From positions 1-33,468 of the forward strand of contig NZ_CAMHRZ010000001.1 of the NCBI RefSeq assembly GCF_946187255.1: a stretch of DNA of 33,468 bases, given 5' to 3'. Of this stretch, positions 28,463-33,468 are shown one piece after another. Numbering within the stretch: position 1 is the stretch's first letter; the number at the start of each line of letters is the position of its first letter. This stretch comes from an uncultured Ruminococcus sp. GTDB taxonomy: Bacteria; Bacillota; Clostridia; Oscillospirales; Ruminococcaceae. The position numbers and the translations under genes are program-made. The notes below the pieces were generated by a model, which made no database searches, had not been told where the DNA came from, and was given only the letters and a program-made list of their open reading frames with translations.

Positions 28463-28491
28463 TTGATAGATTGTTAAAGATATGTTATAAT
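28463..28491 (+). promoter_or_regulatory. SigA promoter of the zinc-ribbon gene
   Basis: TTGATA-17bp-TATAAT with TG extension. Confidence 0.78.
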
Positions 28492-28644
28492 TTTAATATA
28501 ATTGATCATTATATTGGGCGTAGAAATATGTCCGTTGTGCGGTGATATTTTTAAGCGGCAGATATGCCGCATATAATTGCAGCCATGCGGTCTGCGATAA
28601 TCAGTGGGACGGTGAACGTTCCGTATAATCAGGAGGTATAGAAA

Positions 28645-29874
28645 ATGGCTCAGACATCAACTCAGCTGGTCTGCCCTAACTGCGCGGGTACGCTGCAGTT
28701 CGACCCTACGGTCGGCAAAATGAAATGTATATTCTGCGATTCCGTGTTCTCGCAGGAGGAAGCAGAGGCTTTCTTCAATCAGCAGAACGAGGAGGAAGCA
28801 GCAAAGGAATCAGGGGACGACTGGGGCGACCTGGCAGACAATATGAGAGCGTACAGCTGCAACACCTGCGGTGCGGAGATAATCTGCGACGAGAATACAG
28901 CAGCTACCCGCTGCCCTTACTGTGATAATACCACAGTCATCGAGGCACAGCTCACGGGTGCTGTAAAGCCCGATCTCGTTATACCCTTTGCGTTCACAAA
29001 ACAGCAGGCTATGGAGAAGTACAAGAGCTACTACGAGAAGCGCAAGCTGCTGCCGAAGGACTTCCTCGCCAGCAACAGGGTGGAGGAGATACAGGGCGTG
29101 TATGTACCTTTCTGGCTCTATGACGGTTCTGTTAGTATCGATGCCGAATTTGAGGGCGTTGACAAGGAGGAGACCAGCACCGAGATCATCCGCAAGTTCT
29201 ACAAGGCTGACCGCCGCGGTACTATCGGATTTGAGAACGTGCCTGCGGACGCTTCAAAGCGTATGCCCGATGATATAATGGACTCGGTGGAGCCTTTCAC
29301 TTTCAGCGAGCTGAAGCCTTTCTCGATGATATATATGCCCGGCTTCCTGGCTGAGCGCTTTGACGTTGAGGGCGATGACGATCTCCAGCGTGCGGAGAAG
29401 CGTGTAGTCAATACCGCCAAGTCAAAGACCAAAGAGACCGTAAAGCACAACGAGGTAACAGAAAAGCGCGGCGATTACAAGGTCAACTACACCAAGAAGA
29501 AGTACGCCATGCTGCCCGTATGGTACCTCACCACTTCGTGGAACGGCAAGCAGTGGAACTTCGCCATGAACGGACAGACAGGCAAATTCACGGGCGATCT
29601 TCCCATAGATTACACCAAGCTGGGTATCATCACAGCGCTTTCCGTGATAATCCCCGCTATAATACTTATACTGATAATGGGCTTTGGCTTTATGCCTATC
29701 GTTATCGCGGCAGTTATCGGAGCGATAGTGTTCTTCACCTGTCAGGGCAGCATGAAGCCCGTACATCAGGCAACTCAGGCATCAGAGTATATGGATAACA
29801 ACATTCGTCTTGTTCTCAATAATGATACCTACCTGCGCACCGAGCGCAAGCCTAAGGAACAGAAGCAGTCATAA
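28645..29874 (+). CDS. Double zinc-ribbon protein with C-terminal TM hairpin
   Basis: CPNC/CIFC and CNTC/CPYC pairs, GVYVPFWLYD, LPVW, MNGQTGK, two TM helices; RBS AGGAGGT. Confidence 0.85.
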   Translation: MAQTSTQLVCPNCAGTLQFDPTVGKMKCIFCDSVFSQEEAEAFFNQQNEEEAAKESGDDWGDLADNMRAYSCNTCGAEIICDENTAATRCPYCDNTTVIEAQLTGAVKPDLVIPFAFTKQQAMEKYKSYYEKRKLLPKDFLASNRVEEIQGVYVPFWLYDGSVSIDAEFEGVDKEETSTEIIRKFYKADRRGTIGFENVPADASKRMPDDIMDSVEPFTFSELKPFSMIYMPGFLAERFDVEGDDDLQRAEKRVVNTAKSKTKETVKHNEVTEKRGDYKVNYTKKKYAMLPVWYLTTSWNGKQWNFAMNGQTGKFTGDLPIDYTKLGIITALSVIIPAIILILIMGFGFMPIVIAAVIGAIVFFTCQGSMKPVHQATQASEYMDNNIRLVLNNDTYLRTERKPKEQKQS

Positions 29875-29893
29875 GGCGATATATGTATTTTAC

Positions 29894-29922
29894 AGGACAT
29901 CTCCGCGCGGCGGGGGTGTCCT
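29894..29922 (+). other. GC-rich intergenic stem-loop without a U tail
   Basis: AGGACATCTCCG/CGGGGGTGTCCT; could be an mRNA-stabilising or processing hairpin or a weak terminator. Confidence 0.55.
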
Positions 29923-29943
29923 TAGCATTGCAGGAGGTGCTCA

Positions 29944-30459
29944 ATGGACGGATATACACATATAGTACACGGCTTTGCGCCTGTGTACGACAAAAACAGC
30001 AGAATACTCATACTGGGCAGCCTGCCCTCGGTGAAATCGCGGGAGGAGGGCTTTTACTACGGACATCCCCGCAACCGCTTCTGGGCGGTGACTGCGGCGC
30101 TGGCAGGAAAGCCCGTCCCGAAGACCATAGATGAGAAAAAAGCCATGCTGCTGGGGGCGGGTATCGCGGTGTGGGACGTGGTGTCGGAGTGTGATATCAT
30201 TGGTTCCTCCGATGCAAGCATAAAAAACGTTGTGCCGACAGATCTCGGTAATATCATCGCCTGCTGCCCCGATATAGCGGTATTCGCCAACGGCGGCACC
30301 GCCGCACGGCTCTATGCAAAGTATCAGCAGAAAAAAACAGGCAGACCCGCCGTGTCTCTGCCCTCTACCAGTCCCGCAAATGCGGCGTGGAACATCGAAA
30401 AGCTCATTGCAAAATGGAGCGCACTGACCGCAGGTTATTTGCAGTCATCCGGCTTATGA
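29944..30459 (+). CDS. DNA-deoxyinosine (hypoxanthine) glycosylase, UDG family 6
   Basis: ILGSLPS, FYYGHPRNRFW, WDV, GSSDASI, LPSTSPANA. Confidence 0.9.
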   Translation: MDGYTHIVHGFAPVYDKNSRILILGSLPSVKSREEGFYYGHPRNRFWAVTAALAGKPVPKTIDEKKAMLLGAGIAVWDVVSECDIIGSSDASIKNVVPTDLGNIIACCPDIAVFANGGTAARLYAKYQQKKTGRPAVSLPSTSPANAAWNIEKLIAKWSALTAGYLQSSGL

Positions 30460-30483
30460 TTGGGAAGTTTTGCGCTGCTGCCA

Positions 30484-30512
30484 TTGACAGCACGGGAAAA
30501 AGGTGATATACT
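30484..30512 (+). promoter_or_regulatory. SigA promoter of the dockerin protein gene
   Basis: TTGACA-17bp-TATACT with TG extension. Confidence 0.82.
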
Positions 30513-30565
30513 GTAGAATGAGGTGGTATGCGAAATACACCGTAGATTTTGACGGAGGTAGTAAA

Positions 30566-32809
30566 ATGAGAAAGAAAAGGATCCTTGCGGCTGCTGTATC
30601 ACTGGCTGTCGCAGCAGGACAGTTCGGAACGGTCGCTTTTGCGGATAATGACAACGGCACGGGCACAGCGGTTTCCACAGGTGAAAACAGTGCTCCCGCT
30701 GACGACGCAGCGACCTCTGACGAAGAGACCACAGGCGAGAATGACTTAGGCGACATCAACGGCGACGGAAGAATAAATATCACAGACGTTTCCGCACTTG
30801 CCGCACACATCAAGGGCGTTAAGGCGCTGAACAAGAGATCTCTGGCTGCCGCAGATATCAATGCTGACGGCAGAGTTACTGTTACCGATCTCGGCATACT
30901 GGCGGGACATATCAAGGGTCTTTCCAGCATAAAGTCCAAGACTCAGCTCCCCATAGTAAAAAATCCCCGTGAGGAGATGCAGGACAAGGTACAGCTGATA
31001 GAGTTCAGCGTGGACAAGAATACAAAGACAGTCTCCTGGAACGCCGTAAAGGATATGAAGCAGTACGTCGTTGTTATCACAAACGGTGAAAAGACTGTTA
31101 CACAGACTACCGAAAAGCTGTCGGTGGATATACCCTACGATATGTTCAGGGACGGCAAACTGACCGTGATGGTAGCGCCTTTCAGGACTGTACAGACTGA
31201 GGACGGCAGACGTACTAAGGATTACGGTGATACCATAGGATACACACTGGGCATAAAGCCCGATATGATACACGGTGCCATTACCGTTACAGACGACAAA
31301 GGCAAGGCTAAGATAGACTGGAAAGCCGCAGATTTCGCTTCGGGCTACCATGTTTACGATATAACCAACACCGCAAAGGACGGCAAGCCCAAGCTCATCG
31401 CGGATACTGCCACAAATCAGCTGATAACGGATTTCCCCGTAAATGCAACGGTAAAGATGCTGATAGTGCCTTTCAACTCCGTAGGTGAGGCAGAGGGTGT
31501 AAATGCGGAAATGATAGGCGGTAACGGCGGCGGCACCACCAAGCCCGACCCCGATCCCAAGCCTGATCCCAAGCCCGAGACCAAACTTGCTGCACCGACC
31601 ATCAACAGCAATTACTATTACAGCGACTTAAACAGCGTGACATTCTACTGGAACGCCGTAAAGGACGCAGAGGGCTATGAGGCTTCGATAGCTGTGAACA
31701 GCAGCGAGACTGTCACCCGCGAGATAAAGACCACCACCTGCACGATAGACGGTCTGCCCCAGCGCAAGGAAATGACCGTCAAAGTTCGCGCTTATAAGAC
31801 GGTTGACGGCAAGAAGGAGTACAGTGACGCGGTAAGTATGTCCGTTATCACCGACGGCTATGTGAAGTGTTCTTCCGATACGCCGATATACTCTGCCGCA
31901 GCACCCTCCGCAGCACAGCTGGGCACGCTGAAGAAGGGCGATACCGCAGTGCAGACAGGTACTCCCGACAACGGCTGGATAAAGGTATTCGTACCCTCTT
32001 CGGGCGGAACACAGACGGGATATGTACCCGCTTCCTCGGTTAAGGATTACGCTGTTGTGAATATGACTATCATCAATCAGAACGGTGATCTGGGCGGCTC
32101 TCCCGCAGTTCTCGGGGGTGAGGAGACAGCGCTGGCATCGGTGCTGAACTATCAGTTCAACATAAACGTGAGCAAGAACACGCTTATTGACTACTATATG
32201 CCCGAACTGGCACTCACGAGCGGAAAGATAGATGCCGACCCGAACTATGTATTCTGGGGCTCTCCCTATCACATGGAATCAGACGGCAAGGGTTACGGCG
32301 TTTATGCGCCCGTTGTTGCTGAATCCGCTCACTGGTACCTCAAGTACATCGGTGTACGCGGCGATTACAATATCGCGCTGAATACCGATTACTCCACCGG
32401 CGAGAATGTCAACAACCTCAAGATAGACGCAGGCAAGCTGGATGTGGGCGATGCCGTTATCTCTGGCGGACTTGACATTAACGGACTGAAAGCAGAGCTG
32501 GACAGAGGCAGGACACCTATCGTGTGGTATTCCGATACAGCCACCTCCGCTGAGTGTACCCAGACAGTTACTGCAGGACAGAAGTACAGCAATCCCGGCA
32601 CAGGCACATACAATTTCACCTGGTACGGCAGAGAGACCACAGCAGTGCTCACAGGCTACGATGATGCTTTACAGTGCTTCTATCTGGGATGCGTGAACAA
32701 CCTGGACAAGACCAGTCAGTACGGCTACACCACATCGGTATCATACGATGATTTCATGAAGACCTACACCACTCTCGGCAGACAGTCGGTAGTAATAACA
32801 AAGAAATAA
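30566..32809 (+). CDS. Secreted multidomain protein: signal peptide, dockerin, FN3-like repeats, SH3-like domain, C39-like domain
   Basis: Signal peptide ending AFA; duplicated Ca-binding loops GDINGDGRINITD / ADINADGRVTVTD (~30749-30919); WNAVKD FN3-like starts; KPDPDP linker; GWIKV...GYVP SH3-like motif; ETALASVLNY, DPNYVFWGSP and VLTGYD. Confidence 0.85.
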   Translation: MRKKRILAAAVSLAVAAGQFGTVAFADNDNGTGTAVSTGENSAPADDAATSDEETTGENDLGDINGDGRINITDVSALAAHIKGVKALNKRSLAAADINADGRVTVTDLGILAGHIKGLSSIKSKTQLPIVKNPREEMQDKVQLIEFSVDKNTKTVSWNAVKDMKQYVVVITNGEKTVTQTTEKLSVDIPYDMFRDGKLTVMVAPFRTVQTEDGRRTKDYGDTIGYTLGIKPDMIHGAITVTDDKGKAKIDWKAADFASGYHVYDITNTAKDGKPKLIADTATNQLITDFPVNATVKMLIVPFNSVGEAEGVNAEMIGGNGGGTTKPDPDPKPDPKPETKLAAPTINSNYYYSDLNSVTFYWNAVKDAEGYEASIAVNSSETVTREIKTTTCTIDGLPQRKEMTVKVRAYKTVDGKKEYSDAVSMSVITDGYVKCSSDTPIYSAAAPSAAQLGTLKKGDTAVQTGTPDNGWIKVFVPSSGGTQTGYVPASSVKDYAVVNMTIINQNGDLGGSPAVLGGEETALASVLNYQFNINVSKNTLIDYYMPELALTSGKIDADPNYVFWGSPYHMESDGKGYGVYAPVVAESAHWYLKYIGVRGDYNIALNTDYSTGENVNNLKIDAGKLDVGDAVISGGLDINGLKAELDRGRTPIVWYSDTATSAECTQTVTAGQKYSNPGTGTYNFTWYGRETTAVLTGYDDALQCFYLGCVNNLDKTSQYGYTTSVSYDDFMKTYTTLGRQSVVITKK

Positions 32810-32813
32810 CAGC

Positions 32814-32845
32814 AAAGGCGGTACGCGCGAAACGTACCGCCTTTT
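32814..32845. terminator. Bidirectional intrinsic terminator
   Basis: AAAGGCGGTACG/CGTACCGCCTTTT between convergent genes. Confidence 0.85.
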
Positions 32846-32888
32846 ATAATTGCTGTAAAAAATGTCCTGCCCTGCGCAAGACAGAACG

Positions 32889-33230
32889 TCATTCCCAGCC
32901 TTTCCAGACTTCGGGGCAGAAGCCGACTGTTGCCTGCCTGCCGTTGCGCACGACGGGTGCGGCTATGAGGGATGGCTCTTCCAGCAGCTTTTCGCGCTTT
33001 TCCTCTGTGCTGCCCAAGTACTTGATAAGGTCTGCGGCACTGCCCTTTGCTTTGGGGTCTATCAGCTTTTCAATGTCCCCGACCGCTTTCAGCACCGAAT
33101 CCAGCTCGCCTTTGCTCATGCCTTTGCTGGCAAGGTCGATGTACTGGTACTTTATCCCGCGCTCCTTAAAGTAACGTTCTGCCTTTTTGGTATCAAAGCT
33201 CTTTGATTTGCCGAATATCTGTATGTTCAT
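32889..33230 (-). CDS. ArsC/Spx/YffB-family thioredoxin-fold protein
   Basis: IQIFG...DTKKAERYFKER, PVVRNG, TVGF; ATGA-coupled to the upstream regulator. Confidence 0.88.
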   Translation of the reverse strand: MNIQIFGKSKSFDTKKAERYFKERGIKYQYIDLASKGMSKGELDSVLKAVGDIEKLIDPKAKGSAADLIKYLGSTEEKREKLLEEPSLIAAPVVRNGRQATVGFCPEVWKGWE

Positions 33231-33468
33231 TTTTTCACCTCTGTGTAATAGTATACTGCCAGCTGAGTCCTGTCGCGCAGTCCCAGCTTGTCCAGCAGGT
33301 TGCTGATATAGTTGCGCACAGTGCCCTCACCAAGAAACAGCTCCGCCGCTATCTCCTTGTTGCTGGAACCCGAAGCTACTGCTTCCATGATCTCTTTTTC
33401 CTTTTCGCTTATGCCGTGTGCCGCAAAGTCAAATTCCTCTTTGTGTGACATAAGTTCGGGCAGGCGGC
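33227..33468 (-). CDS. NarL/LuxR-family response regulator, C-terminal part (truncated by the window edge)
   Basis: LuxR HTH SNKEIAAELFLGEGTVRNYISNLLDKL..RDRTQL; the frame stays open to the window end. Confidence 0.9.
   Translation of the reverse strand, partial: RLPELMSHKEEFDFAAHGISEKEKEIMEAVASGSSNKEIAAELFLGEGTVRNYISNLLDKLGLRDRTQLAVYYYTEVKK

Noticed and set aside
28645-29874. Calling the zinc-ribbon protein PriA or a helicase
   Set aside because: Only the CxxC pairs are similar. There are no Walker or helicase motifs, and it has TM helices.
31541-31579. Short tandem-like DNA repeat (AAGCCCGAC/CCCGAT units)
   Set aside because: It encodes a KPDPDPKPDPKPE inter-domain linker with synonymous variation. 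It is not a CRISPR or mobile repeat.
1-33468. CRISPR array, prophage, IS element, rRNA or tRNA
   Set aside because: I saw no regularly spaced repeats, no transposase, integrase or phage genes, and no cloverleaf or rRNA signatures.

Overview
Chromosomal segment of a Clostridia bacterium. A duplicated 'AAHIKG'-type dockerin, a GH51 enzyme and a CotH lipoprotein point to a fibre-degrading Ruminococcus-like organism (inference). Most of the window is housekeeping, DNA-repair and sporulation genes. In order: an HssRS-like two-component system plus a membrane-anchored unknown; DUF4363/DUF421; recQ; proB-GNAT-hypothetical-proA; rpe; a DUF2974 hydrolase; GH51 arabinofuranosidase with a divergent AraC regulator; a PD-(D/E)XK-like protein; a CotH lipoprotein; cotJABC divergent from spoIIAA-spoIIAB-sigF; uvrB-(GT-C membrane protein)-uvrA under a LexA box; rsmG; DUF6465 with HU; a zinc-ribbon membrane protein; a family-6 UDG; a dockerin/FN3/SH3/C39-like protein; an ArsC-family protein; and a truncated LuxR/NarL regulator. 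I saw no CRISPR array, tRNA, rRNA, transposase or integrase. The most interesting signal is at 15-314: a ~255-nt strongly structured minus-strand element with its own terminator, C-rich loops and an anti-Shine-Dalgarno/anti-AUG tract. Its promoter has an HssR-box-like direct repeat in place of a -35, and it is divergent from the HssR-like regulator. This is a candidate two-component-controlled small RNA. Other leads are a GT-C glycosyltransferase-like gene inside the SOS uvrBA operon, an apparently catalytically dead C39-like domain on a dockerin protein, and a histone-like DUF6465 gene co-transcribed with HU. All family assignments come from motif recognition by eye; no searches were run.
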